DNA of 60,237 bases, taken from a virus. Lineage: Duplodnaviria > Caudoviricetes. The stretch spans positions 1 to 60,237 of the IMG/VR virus record IMGVR_UViG_3300025571_000003. The stretch is one strand, 5' to 3'. Positions 1 to 9,085 of this stretch are shown here, in pieces. How positions within the stretch are numbered: position 1 is the first letter of the stretch; every line of letters begins with the position of its first letter. Made by a program: the position numbers and the translations under genes. The notes under the pieces were generated by a model. The model did no database searches, was not told the origin of the DNA, and worked only from the letters and a program-made list of their open reading frames with translations.

Positions 1-195
1 CGGAACGATATCTCCCTTGAGACCCTTGATCTGCCCCTCGCTCAAATTCGTTTTGCGAGCGGCATTCTTGCCGCCGATGAAGGCACCCGAGTTTGCCGAC
101 CGGATAAACGATCCCCCGAATACGGCGCTGAGATATTTGCATAATTCGCGCTCGTAGCCCGAGCCCTTGTTTTTGGATTTGCTTCCGCCAGCCAT
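1..195 (-). CDS. Holliday junction resolvase (Hjc-like PD-(D/E)xK nuclease), 5' part only, runs off window
   Basis: Own translation from ATG at 195: MAGGSKSKNKGSGYERELCKYL...FIRSANSGAFIGG...KGDIVP. The KG..ERE and GDI motifs are typical of phage Hjc-type resolvases. TAAATA late box upstream at 226-231. Confidence 0.75.
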   Translation of the reverse strand, partial: MAGGSKSKNKGSGYERELCKYLSAVFGGSFIRSANSGAFIGGKNAARKTNLSEGQIKGLKGDIVP

Positions 196-283
196 TTTGG
201 TATAACAAGAAAATCAATATATACGTATTTATTTTCCGGGCGGGCTTGTGGTCCGTCCGTAATCATTCATTGAGGGATTGCAT

Positions 284-1030
284 ATGATTAGTAATAACAA
301 TGTCGGCGCGTGGTCATATCAGCTGACACCGACGCCGCGCGAAGTAAATCAGTTTCGACAGATTATCAAGGAAGAGACCCGTTATTACAACGCGGTCGTA
401 TCGGGTCTTGCCGGTCCCATTCGGTCAATCGGCGACACGATCATAAAGCTTACAGGCCACTGGGAGGAGATGTTTGGCCTCGCCGCAGCACTCAGCGTGA
501 ATCCTCTCCGGGATGAGACCGCCCGCGCGAGTTTTGCCAAGTACGCTCCGCTGATCGAGAGCGCCGACGAGCGTACGAAGCTCGTGTTCGATGTCGTTAC
601 GGCGCCTGCCTATTTGGCGGCCCTCGTCCGTCGGGCGATTGCGATTGAGGCGCTTCGTGCGGCTCGCGACCAGGTCACCGCTATGCGTGCGACTGTCAAT
701 TCTGACACTCAGGTCTACCGGAACCTTGTGACGACGCTCACACCCTATGAGCCGGGCCAGAAGCGTCACATCCAGATTCCGGTCAAGGCCTGCACCATCA
801 ACGATGCTCAGGACGGCAAGATCGCGATCAAGATACCCTACCTGCGTGATCCGATAACGGTCTCAGCTCCACCGGTGTCGTGGAACCTGATGATCATCAA
901 GGATGATGACACGCGCTGGACGATGACACTCCTGCGCGAGAAGTCCATGTATCTTATGGGACGTGCTGATGCTCCGGGTCTGCGCAAGCGCCGCAAGAAG
1001 GCGCAGCGCCGAACCTCGGAGAAGGCTTGA
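284..1030 (+). CDS. TnpB-derived protein (HTH/REC/WED-like region, no RuvC)
   Basis: N-terminus AWSYQLTPT..EV..F......RYYNAV resembles the IS605 TnpB AYKYRLYPT...R..YN motif. C-terminal IKIPYL...NLMIIKDDDTRWTMTLL resembles TnpB WED strands. The protein stops where RuvC-I would begin. Confidence 0.5.
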   Translation: MISNNNVGAWSYQLTPTPREVNQFRQIIKEETRYYNAVVSGLAGPIRSIGDTIIKLTGHWEEMFGLAAALSVNPLRDETARASFAKYAPLIESADERTKLVFDVVTAPAYLAALVRRAIAIEALRAARDQVTAMRATVNSDTQVYRNLVTTLTPYEPGQKRHIQIPVKACTINDAQDGKIAIKIPYLRDPITVSAPPVSWNLMIIKDDDTRWTMTLLREKSMYLMGRADAPGLRKRRKKAQRRTSEKA

Positions 1031-1473
1031 TGGCAGTCAGCATCGCGCAGGAGATTCCCCGTCGCTACCATGACAGGCTCAACAAGCCCTACCTGCTGGA
1101 GGACGGGGAGTATCTAGACCCCATCCGGGTCGAGTACCGCATCAGGGACAAGTTCGTCTTCCGCAAGATCGTCGATGCCCTGTTCGAGGGCATCACCCGC
1201 GTGGAGCTCATGAAGCGCTACCGGAAGATCGAGCGCACGGACGAGAACTGCATCAACCTGCTCGCGAGCATGGCGGAGGAGAAGTACGGGTTTCCGGCGC
1301 CGATCGCGAGGAAATTCGTTGAAAGGCGCATCCACTTCCTGATGCGGGAAACGAATGAGACGGTGGCGCGCACCGTCGCGCCGACGGCTCAGGACCTTGC
1401 ACGTGAAGATCGGGTGAGGACTCTAAAACGGATGCGAAAGTGGAGGAGGGATTACTCCCACCGCAATCTGTAG
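1030..1473 (+). CDS. hypothetical protein
   Basis: TGATG stop/start overlap with the upstream gene. Phage-like codon usage. Confidence 0.7.
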   Translation: MAVSIAQEIPRRYHDRLNKPYLLEDGEYLDPIRVEYRIRDKFVFRKIVDALFEGITRVELMKRYRKIERTDENCINLLASMAEEKYGFPAPIARKFVERRIHFLMRETNETVARTVAPTAQDLAREDRVRTLKRMRKWRRDYSHRNL

Positions 1474-1796
1474 GCGAGGGCAGATTCCGTATTCTCGAAG
1501 CTGAAACCGTCCTCGTTCATGCACCAGAGACCAGTCGTGTTTTCGACGATCCACATGACGCGAAGCGCGATTTCACGGTCGCGGATCAGAGGTATCTCGA
1601 AGACATGGGGTTGTGTCTTGCTGGTGTAGCGAGGGAGCTGGTCGAGACGATGGACACCCCTCAGGAACTCCGGAAGGGGTCCATCGTGTTCGATGACCAT
1701 CAGGCGGATGAGCCTGTTCACATGTGAAATGGTCGCGCCGAGGAACCTTTCCACGTCCGTGAGGTGGGAGCTGATGGAAGCAACTTCCGCCTTCAT
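1452..1796 (-). CDS. hypothetical protein with C-terminal F..(E/D)A.A(F/Y).L.W motif
   Basis: ATG at 1796 overlaps the upstream stop. Ends GFSFENTESALAYRLRWE, a motif shared with other ORFs here. Confidence 0.65.
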   Translation of the reverse strand: MKAEVASISSHLTDVERFLGATISHVNRLIRLMVIEHDGPLPEFLRGVHRLDQLPRYTSKTQPHVFEIPLIRDREIALRVMWIVENTTGLWCMNEDGFSFENTESALAYRLRWE

Positions 1797-2026
1797 AGGA
1801 GGGGTATCCTCGTTTTTTCCGTCATGCGGAGCCGTTCGTCGATTTGCTTCATGATATCCTTTCGCTCGACGGGCGAAAGAGTCCATGCCTCTTCTCGTGT
1901 GAGACCACCGCGCATATGCCACAGAATCGTGTATATGTGGCGCCGCAGTTCCTTCTGCTCCGCGTAGAGTTCACCGTACAGCTCCTGAACTTCCGCTTCC
2001 GTCTTGCAGTTCAGGAGCCTTGCCCG
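1793..2026 (-). CDS. gp51-like baseplate/tail assembly domain, probably expressed by -1 frameshift from the upstream gene
   Basis: ILWHMRGGLTREEAWTLSPVER motif. No convincing RBS or start. Frame is -1 relative to the gp26-like gene at TTTTTTC. Confidence 0.65.
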   Translation of the reverse strand, partial: RARLLNCKTEAEVQELYGELYAEQKELRRHIYTILWHMRGGLTREEAWTLSPVERKDIMKQIDERLRMTEKTRIPLL

Positions 2027-2032
2027 AAAAAA
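1981..2032 (-). promoter_or_regulatory. -1 programmed ribosomal frameshift signal (slippery T_TTT_TTC, 7-nt spacer, 11-bp hairpin)
   Basis: Minus strand reads AG T TTT TTC GGGCAAG GCTCCTGAACT-(16 nt)-AGTTCAGGAGC. Confidence 0.75.
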
Positions 2033-2904
2033 CTGGATGGATTGAACTCCAGCTGGACATCCCATGTGTGATTGCACTTCTGGCACACCGCTTCCAGTGA
2101 GCGATTGATGCCTCCCTCGTTGAGTTCCTGAACACCCTTCTGGATCGCTTTTGACCACGACGCGGAGACTTTGTCCAGAAATTCTCGGATCATCCTCTTG
2201 TCGGTGACGGTGACATCCGGCAGGACGATCGAGACGATGCTGTCGGCAAGCACCTCGGTATTGAGATCGGCAAGCTTTCGATAGCTCTGGTGCAGAACCT
2301 TCTGACGCTCATCTTCATCCAGTTGCTCGGCGTACTGCGCGCGGCGTGTCTCCTGGAAGGCGGCCATCGCGATCTTGGCGCCGGTGCGGATGTCGTGCGG
2401 CCGAAGGTATACGACGGCCTCCGCATCGAGACGGATGTGCTTTCCTCCAGGAATTTCCTTCATCGTGCTCAGGACGGCCGGGATGTTGCAGGTGAATGAA
2501 TTCTGGTGGCCGCAGGAAGGGCAGGAGGCTTCAACATCCATGTCGTTTCCCGACGTAGCCGCCCGGATGGCGAGCATGAGTACATCGAGGTCGGGCAATG
2601 AGACGTATTCAGGAGCCCTGATCGACGGGACGCACGAACGAATAAGCTCCTCAATGGCGTAGCCGCTCATCAGCGCATCAGGCGACTTCAGAAGCATTTC
2701 ATCGGCTGCCCTCATCGGGAACACGGGTAGCTCACCTGTTGCGGTGAACTCTATCGTTCCGGGGGGCATGTAGGCGCCCTTGGTCGGGATCGTGATGTGA
2801 ACACCCGGCACGCGGAAGTACTTCGCAAGTGGGTTGGTGTTGGTCGGGGCCGGACGTGCGGCAGGCTGGCTGAACATTTCACTCTCGTCGAAATCGTCGA
2901 TCAT
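2011..2904 (-). CDS. baseplate hub assembly / tail chaperone protein (T4 gp26-like)
   Basis: NPLAKYFR..P.G..Y, M.AADE.LLK.PDALM.G, LLAIR.A..G, two CxxC pairs (CPSC, CQKC), C-terminal SSFF. Confidence 0.7.
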   Translation of the reverse strand: MIDDFDESEMFSQPAARPAPTNTNPLAKYFRVPGVHITIPTKGAYMPPGTIEFTATGELPVFPMRAADEMLLKSPDALMSGYAIEELIRSCVPSIRAPEYVSLPDLDVLMLAIRAATSGNDMDVEASCPSCGHQNSFTCNIPAVLSTMKEIPGGKHIRLDAEAVVYLRPHDIRTGAKIAMAAFQETRRAQYAEQLDEDERQKVLHQSYRKLADLNTEVLADSIVSIVLPDVTVTDKRMIREFLDKVSASWSKAIQKGVQELNEGGINRSLEAVCQKCNHTWDVQLEFNPSSFFGQGS

Positions 2905-2930
2905 AATTCCCTGCTTAGAAGTTATATGCG

Positions 2931-2974
2931 TATTTATCTATTCAATAACCGACGACTCATCCGTCGCGTAAATA
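2931..2974. promoter_or_regulatory. divergent pair of T4-like late promoter boxes (TAAATA)
   Basis: TAAATA on - at 2931-2936 and on + at 2969-2974, between the divergent gp26-like and tape-measure-like genes. Confidence 0.6.
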
Positions 2975-2999
2975 CAACACGGCGCAACGGAAAAAGTCC

Positions 3000-5834
3000 A
3001 TGGAACGCGAAGACGAAATAATCGACGGCCTTAAAAAGGTAGCAGAAAACCTGAAGAGGGTTAGCGGTATCTTTGCAGATGTCGCGAAGGAGAGTTACGA
3101 CAACTCGACTGCCGGTGCCCGTTTGCGTCGGGACATGTTCAGCAACTATGAGAGCATGGACGAGGCCACCGGCAAGATGGCGGCTACCATCCAGAAGGCT
3201 GCCAAGGCTTCTGGTCATCTCGACCGCGTCAACCAGGGCGTCGTCAACGCCATCAGCATGCTCGGCAAGGACGTGAACTTCGCGGCCGAGGCTCTTCAGG
3301 GCTTCAGCAGGACCATTCTGGGCGGCTTCCTGGGCGGTGCCTTCGTTGCAGGCATCATCGGCTGGACGAAGAGTTTGACCGCCACCTATCGCGAAATGAC
3401 CGAGTACGGTCAGACCTTCTCGGGCGGCATCATGGAGATGGCCCGCACGGCTTACCTCGGAAACATGTCGCTCGACGAATTCACCCGCGTCGTCAAGGAG
3501 CACTCGGTCACACTCGCGCAGATCGCGGGCAATAGCGAAGCCTTCGCGAAGCTCTCGGCGGATGTCCGCAAGGCGACCGAGAGCATGGGCCTGTACGGTT
3601 ACACCATCGAGGGCATGAACGACATGATGCTCCAACAGCTCGAAGTCATGCGCCTCAACGGCATCCTGGAGAACTTCGACCATCGCCGGGTGTCGGAGAA
3701 CATGCAGACGTTGGCGCGGGACACGTCGTTCCTCTCGACGGCGTTCGGCAAGAGCCGCAGGGAAATCCTTGAGACGAGCAAGCGCGCGCAGATGGACAGC
3801 CGCTACATGGCGTTGATGCTGTCCAAGGATGCCAAGGAGCGACTGTCCGAGCAGGAAAGGTACGTATCGGCTATCAATTTCATGGCCTCTCAGGCCAATG
3901 AAGCCGGACAAATCCTCTCCACGTTCCTGGCCCAGACCATAGGCTCGGGTGGAATAGCGGCCTACACGGACGCCTTCAGGAACCTCTTTAGCGGCATGCT
4001 TCCGGAGGCCGCCTTCGCCATGGAGAGGTTCGTCCAGGACATCGAGGCGGGCATCCCTAAGGACCAGAAGTTTGAGCGCTATCATGCGTTCATCAAGGAG
4101 TTCGACGCCATGTTCAGCCCGGATGTCATGGCGCGGCTCAGAACGCATGCGATGGACGAAACCACTCGCCAGCAAGCTGAATCGCTGATTGCCTTTGCTG
4201 CTGAGATCAAGAATGCGGCCAACCGCGACATCAAGGAGGCGAAGAAGCAGGCTGATCTGTCCAGCCACTACACGAACAATGCTCTCAAGGCAGCCGAGGT
4301 GTGGAGCCGCTTCACGACCGCGATCCAGTATTCCTTCACCCCGCTGATCCTCGGGCCGCTTGAAGCTTTCACGAAGTCTCTCGAACGGCTCAATAGCACC
4401 GGCATGATCGACAAGATCGCGGACTCGGCCACACGCCTGGTCGGACGCATCGAGGACTGGGTGAGCTCCTTGAACACCGAGGATTCCATGCTGCGAATAC
4501 AGAAGTTCGCAGAGCAGGTCATCGGTTCATTCTCCAAGCTCATGACTGTCGGCTCGGCGACCATGGAAGCGCTGTTCGGGCCGAACGGAATCCTCACTGC
4601 CCTCGGCCGTGTGGCGATGACCCTGTCTCCGATGCTGATCGGTATCGCCGACGGCCTGCTCTCGGCGGCCAACTTCCTTCTGGACATCTTCAACAGTTTC
4701 ACCTCGGCCCTGGGGTCGTTTGGCGGCAGCGTCAATATCGCGGCCGATACGGCAAACAAGTTCGCTGACATGCTGAGGCTGGCGGGCGAGTACGGTACGT
4801 ACGCCCTGCTTGGTATAATCGCCTTCAAGAAGCTTAGCGGCTTCGTCCAGTCCGTGGCGAACTGGACCGGACTGCGCACGATCTCGATGGCCGCCACTGC
4901 GGTCTACGTCTCGGGAAAGACGATCTTCGACAGCGTTGGCAAGCGCTTTGGCGGTCGTGACAAGGATGATGGGGATGGTAGTCCGCGCGGCCGGGGAGGG
5001 CGCATGCGCCGGGTGGCAGGAAAGATAGCGGCTGTAGGCGGCACTCTCGCCGGTTCGGCGATGATGTACGGCTCCGACTTCATCTCCACCGTGTCGGATG
5101 CGCTGTACGACACGGGATCGAAGGTCGCCAAAGGAGCAAGCGAGGCCGCTACAGCCGCCGCGACGAAGGCGTCGGAGATCGCCAGCAAGGGGGCGGAGGC
5201 TACAGCAAAGGCTTCCCAGTCGCTCTTCACCAAGGGGCTTGGCACACTCGGGCTCTTCGTGGAGGCAATCAACGCCACCAAGGACCTCCATGACCTGTAC
5301 CAGCGCAAACAATCCAATGAACTGACGGAGCAGCAGTTCGCAGCAAAGGTGGTTGAGATCATCACCTCCAAGGTCTCCGGAGCCGCAGGCGCGTATGCGC
5401 TCGGAATACTCGGAGCCGGTGCCGGATCGTTGATCGCTCCCGGCCTGGGATCGACGGTCGGTGGCATCGCGGGCGGTGTCGCGGGATTCCTTGGTGGGGA
5501 GTACATCGGCGAACGGATTGCTGAAGCCATCGTGAAGCAGCTGGCGACACCAGCCAATCCGCCCACAGAAAAGATTGCGGCTACGCCTGATGCCGGTGCC
5601 CTGACAAAGGATGACCTGGCTCGGAGTCAGAAGGCCTTCGAGGACAAATTGGCGAATTGGGATCAAAACCCCGGAGGTGTTTCGATGGGCGATGTCTTGG
5701 CGAAACTCTCCTCCATCGAGCAGGCCATCAGGGACCAGACTGCTATCGAGGCCCAGCTGAGCAACCGCGACTATCGCGAGGCTCAGAAAAACATGCACCT
5801 GCTTAGCAATAGTTTGTCCAGAATTAGCCAGTGA
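3000..5834 (+). CDS. tail tape-measure-like protein
   Basis: 944 aa, helical Ala/Leu-rich, Gly-rich hydrophobic segments (GAGAGSLIAPGLGSTVGGIAGG). Lies next to the tail chaperone-like gene and the head module. Confidence 0.6.
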   Translation: MEREDEIIDGLKKVAENLKRVSGIFADVAKESYDNSTAGARLRRDMFSNYESMDEATGKMAATIQKAAKASGHLDRVNQGVVNAISMLGKDVNFAAEALQGFSRTILGGFLGGAFVAGIIGWTKSLTATYREMTEYGQTFSGGIMEMARTAYLGNMSLDEFTRVVKEHSVTLAQIAGNSEAFAKLSADVRKATESMGLYGYTIEGMNDMMLQQLEVMRLNGILENFDHRRVSENMQTLARDTSFLSTAFGKSRREILETSKRAQMDSRYMALMLSKDAKERLSEQERYVSAINFMASQANEAGQILSTFLAQTIGSGGIAAYTDAFRNLFSGMLPEAAFAMERFVQDIEAGIPKDQKFERYHAFIKEFDAMFSPDVMARLRTHAMDETTRQQAESLIAFAAEIKNAANRDIKEAKKQADLSSHYTNNALKAAEVWSRFTTAIQYSFTPLILGPLEAFTKSLERLNSTGMIDKIADSATRLVGRIEDWVSSLNTEDSMLRIQKFAEQVIGSFSKLMTVGSATMEALFGPNGILTALGRVAMTLSPMLIGIADGLLSAANFLLDIFNSFTSALGSFGGSVNIAADTANKFADMLRLAGEYGTYALLGIIAFKKLSGFVQSVANWTGLRTISMAATAVYVSGKTIFDSVGKRFGGRDKDDGDGSPRGRGGRMRRVAGKIAAVGGTLAGSAMMYGSDFISTVSDALYDTGSKVAKGASEAATAAATKASEIASKGAEATAKASQSLFTKGLGTLGLFVEAINATKDLHDLYQRKQSNELTEQQFAAKVVEIITSKVSGAAGAYALGILGAGAGSLIAPGLGSTVGGIAGGVAGFLGGEYIGERIAEAIVKQLATPANPPTEKIAATPDAGALTKDDLARSQKAFEDKLANWDQNPGGVSMGDVLAKLSSIEQAIRDQTAIEAQLSNRDYREAQKNMHLLSNSLSRISQ

Positions 5835-5881
5835 GTGGTATACTGGCTTAAATAGTTTAGCGATTTTATAGTAGGGTGTTA

Positions 5882-7657
5882 ATGTCCTGGAAGAAATATT
5901 TTAGGGTACAGAAAACCTCTGTTGTGCCTGATCAGCTCTCCTCCGTTCTTGCGTCTACGGCGGAAACAGCTGCGAGATATGCTTCTCCTCTTCCGCATGT
6001 CTACACAGGTCATCCAAGCCGTCTTCAGAGATACTACCAGTATGATGACATGGATCGGGACTCGGACATCAACGCCGCCCTCGATACCATCGCTGACTTC
6101 TGCACCCAGTCTGAGGAACAGACCGAGGAGCCGCTGCGCCTCAATTTCGTGAAGGAGGCGTCGGAGACCGAGGTCAGAATTCTTAACTCGCTCCTCAACA
6201 AGTGGGTCTCGATCAACCAGTTCCGCTCGAAGCTCTGGTATATCTTCCGCAAGACGATCAAGTATGGAGACGCATTTTTCCTTCGCGATCCGGAGACTGG
6301 CGAGTGGTATTGGCTCGATGAGTTCTCGGTCGTGATGGTCAAAGTAGATGAAAGTGAGAAGACGCCGACCGAGTACATAGTTCGAAATCTCGACTTCAAT
6401 CGGGCCGCCAAGTTCGCCACCAAGCGCGTCGATCCGAGTGAGTACCATCACGGGCTGGCGACGATCACCGCAACGAGCGCCCGTCCGGTCGGTACGATGA
6501 CCGGATCACCCAACTTCGCGATGATCGGCTCCCATATCGACCAGCGGAGCCTCAGAAACCAGACCAATAATAATGCCAACGAGTTGCAGGTCATCGACGC
6601 CGAGCACGTCATCCATCTGTCCCTGTCGGTCGGCCTCGACATCAATTGGCCCTTCGGTGCATCGATCCTCGAACCAATCTACAAGACCTTCCGCCAGAAG
6701 GAGCTGCTCGAAGACGCCATCATCATCTATCGCGTCCAGAGAGCACCCGAGCGCCGCATCTTCTACATCGACGTTGGCTCAATGCAGGGCGCGCGGGCCA
6801 AGGCCCACATCCAGCAGATCAAGAACGAAATCCATCAGCGCCGCATTCCCAACAAGACAGGCGCCGGTGGATCGATCCTCGACACCGCCTACAACCCGCT
6901 GAGCATGATGGAGGACTACTTCTTCGCCCAGACGGCGGAAGGGCGAGGCTCCAAAGTCGAGACGCTTCCTGGTGGAGACAACCTGGGCGAGATCGGGGAC
7001 CTCGACTATTTCACCCGCAAGCTTGCGCGAGGTCTCAGGATTCCGCCGTCCTACCTGTCGCTGACCGATGAGGGCGGCGCCATCTACAACGATGGACGGG
7101 TGGGCCAAGCCCTCATCCAGGAATTCCGCTTCAACAAGTTCTGCATGCGTCTTCAGAACCTTCTGGCCCCGGCGTTCGACGCAGACTTCAAGAGATTCGT
7201 GCGTGAGAACGGCGTCCAGATCGACGAGGCGATCTACTACGTAACGTTCTACCCGCCGCAGAACTTCGCCAAGTACCGCCAGATCGAGGTCGATGCCCAG
7301 CAGGTCGGAGTCTATATGCAGGTCGCGGAAAACAAGCGTCTTTCCGAGCGCTTCAAGCTGAAGCGTTTCCTCGGCCTGAGCGAGGACGAAATCCTGGAGA
7401 ACGAGCGCCTTTGGGCGATGGAAAACGCCGAGAGAATCAAGGCTGCCACGGGTGCCACTCCAGCCGAGACCGAGCACGACACGGACCTCTCGTCGGTCGG
7501 CATCAGGACGAACGACTCGTTCAGAAGCATGTCGATGTCCACGCCTCCGTCTCAGAACGGACCGCTGGATGAACTGGAGGACTTCAACCCACTCGGTGCG
7601 TTCGGCAATGCGCCTGGCGAACCGCCACCTTCCCCCAACGAGACGCCGGAACAGTAA
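5882..7657 (+). CDS. portal protein (T4 gp20-like)
   Basis: LLEDAIIIYRVQRAPERRIFYIDVG, EDYFF..GRGSKVETLPGG.NLGEI.D..YF, and RGL.IP.S motifs. Confidence 0.95.
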   Translation: MSWKKYFRVQKTSVVPDQLSSVLASTAETAARYASPLPHVYTGHPSRLQRYYQYDDMDRDSDINAALDTIADFCTQSEEQTEEPLRLNFVKEASETEVRILNSLLNKWVSINQFRSKLWYIFRKTIKYGDAFFLRDPETGEWYWLDEFSVVMVKVDESEKTPTEYIVRNLDFNRAAKFATKRVDPSEYHHGLATITATSARPVGTMTGSPNFAMIGSHIDQRSLRNQTNNNANELQVIDAEHVIHLSLSVGLDINWPFGASILEPIYKTFRQKELLEDAIIIYRVQRAPERRIFYIDVGSMQGARAKAHIQQIKNEIHQRRIPNKTGAGGSILDTAYNPLSMMEDYFFAQTAEGRGSKVETLPGGDNLGEIGDLDYFTRKLARGLRIPPSYLSLTDEGGAIYNDGRVGQALIQEFRFNKFCMRLQNLLAPAFDADFKRFVRENGVQIDEAIYYVTFYPPQNFAKYRQIEVDAQQVGVYMQVAENKRLSERFKLKRFLGLSEDEILENERLWAMENAERIKAATGATPAETEHDTDLSSVGIRTNDSFRSMSMSTPPSQNGPLDELEDFNPLGAFGNAPGEPPPSPNETPEQ

Positions 7658-7668
7658 AGGAGACAGAG

Positions 7669-7917
7669 ATGCGCCTACTTGAGTTCACTGATGAGGTCGT
7701 TGCAACCGGGCACTACGACCCGGCCGAGGATAGGATGAACACCCGCAATTTGGGTGATACGCGAAAGCCCGTCCTGACGCTGCGGAAGCTCAACAAACTG
7801 AAGAAAATGAGAGCCGTCCGCCAGCTTGAGGCTCTCAAGAGGCAGGACTTGATGGCCGTCATGTACGGGGATGCTGACTCCGATCGAGGAAGAATGGGAG
7901 GCGGCTTTAGTTTTTGA
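7669..7917 (+). CDS. small basic head-module protein
   Basis: AGGAG RBS. DTRKPVLTL..LNKL.KMR motif. Directly after the portal gene. Confidence 0.8.
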   Translation: MRLLEFTDEVVATGHYDPAEDRMNTRNLGDTRKPVLTLRKLNKLKKMRAVRQLEALKRQDLMAVMYGDADSDRGRMGGGFSF

Positions 7918-7919
7918 GG

Positions 7920-7944
7920 AAGGCGGCTTTGGGCCGCCTTTTTT
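7920..7944 (+). terminator. rho-independent terminator
   Basis: AAGGCGGC-TTTGG-GCCGCCTT followed by a T-run. Confidence 0.8.
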
Positions 7945-8063
7945 ATTATCGACAGTATAGAAAAACAGCTCAAAAACCACCCTTATCTAGGGTATTTCTC
8001 CGCGTAGCAATAAATAACAACAGATGCAATGGCATCCGAGCAACCAAATGTGGAGAAATACCT

Positions 8064-9047
8064 ATGCGTTCCATTCTTGAGAAAGCGCTGATTCACCTTA
8101 TCAATGAGGAGAAGGAGCAGGCGGAAGCGCTGTTCCACAAATTCATTGTCGAGCGCGCGCGTCAGGTCCACGAGTCTCTTCGCAATGAGGACGACGACAT
8201 CGTGGATGACATCGACGACATCGTCGCCGACGAGATGTTCACCGAGGAAGACCTCCGTGGACTGGAGGACGACGAAGAGAACGGCGTCGATGGTGAAGAA
8301 GATGAGGGCGCCGAGGAGGGTGCTGAGGATCGCGAGGAAGAGGTCTCGGCCGATGAAGAGGACGACGACCTTGAGGACGACGACCTTGAGGACGACGCCG
8401 AGAAGGTCGCTGACGATCTCGACATCGACGTTGAGGACGCCAGCGAGGACGACGACGAGGACGAGATTTCCGATCCTGAGGCAGAAGAGCGCATCGCTCG
8501 TCTTGAGGATCAGCTGGAGAAGCTGACTCAGGAGTTCGAGGAGCTGATGGCTGCCGAACAGGCAGAGGAAGAGGCCGACGAGGAAGAGGAAGAGGAAGAG
8601 GACGAGGACGAGGAAGAGGAAGGCGAGCTCGATCCTGAGCTGTCCGACGAGGAGGCTGAAGAGATTGCCGACACCGTCGAGGACGACATGCAGGACGAGG
8701 TCCGTGAGTCCGAGGAGGACCTTGAGGACTTCGAGGGTCTGGCCGAGTCCGCCCTGAGCGATCTTGAGAAGGTCAACGTCGAGAACATTGACGGCAAGGA
8801 AGTCGGCAAGGGCAGGATCATCGACCGCAATACCCGTTCGGCCGTTCCCGGCAAAAAGGCCGATCCGAAAAATGCCAGGCCAGTTGCCATTAAGGGCGAG
8901 ACGCATGTCGGCTTCGACCGCGAGCCCGCTCCCCCGGTCAAGGAAATGAAGAAGCGCCGCAACGTTCGCTCGAAGGCGACGGATGGCATGCAGCCCGTTT
9001 CCAAGGAAGGAGACAAGAAGGCGCTCGTCAATAAGCCGATGTGCTGA
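8064..9047 (+). CDS. highly acidic prohead core/internal scaffold protein
   Basis: GGAGA RBS, TAAATA at 8011-8016. LIN.E...A..LFH...VE.AR..HE N-terminus, very D/E-rich centre. Lies between portal and protease. Confidence 0.7.
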   Translation: MRSILEKALIHLINEEKEQAEALFHKFIVERARQVHESLRNEDDDIVDDIDDIVADEMFTEEDLRGLEDDEENGVDGEEDEGAEEGAEDREEEVSADEEDDDLEDDDLEDDAEKVADDLDIDVEDASEDDDEDEISDPEAEERIARLEDQLEKLTQEFEELMAAEQAEEEADEEEEEEEDEDEEEEGELDPELSDEEAEEIADTVEDDMQDEVRESEEDLEDFEGLAESALSDLEKVNVENIDGKEVGKGRIIDRNTRSAVPGKKADPKNARPVAIKGETHVGFDREPAPPVKEMKKRRNVRSKATDGMQPVSKEGDKKALVNKPMC

Positions 9048-9085
9048 TTGAAATAAAGAAAATAATAATAAGTTGAGGTTGCGTC

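Noticed and set aside
8361-8396. Tandem GACGACGACCTTGAG repeat and GAG/GAA runs
   Set aside because: Low-complexity Asp/Glu coding sequence, not a CRISPR array or mobile repeat.
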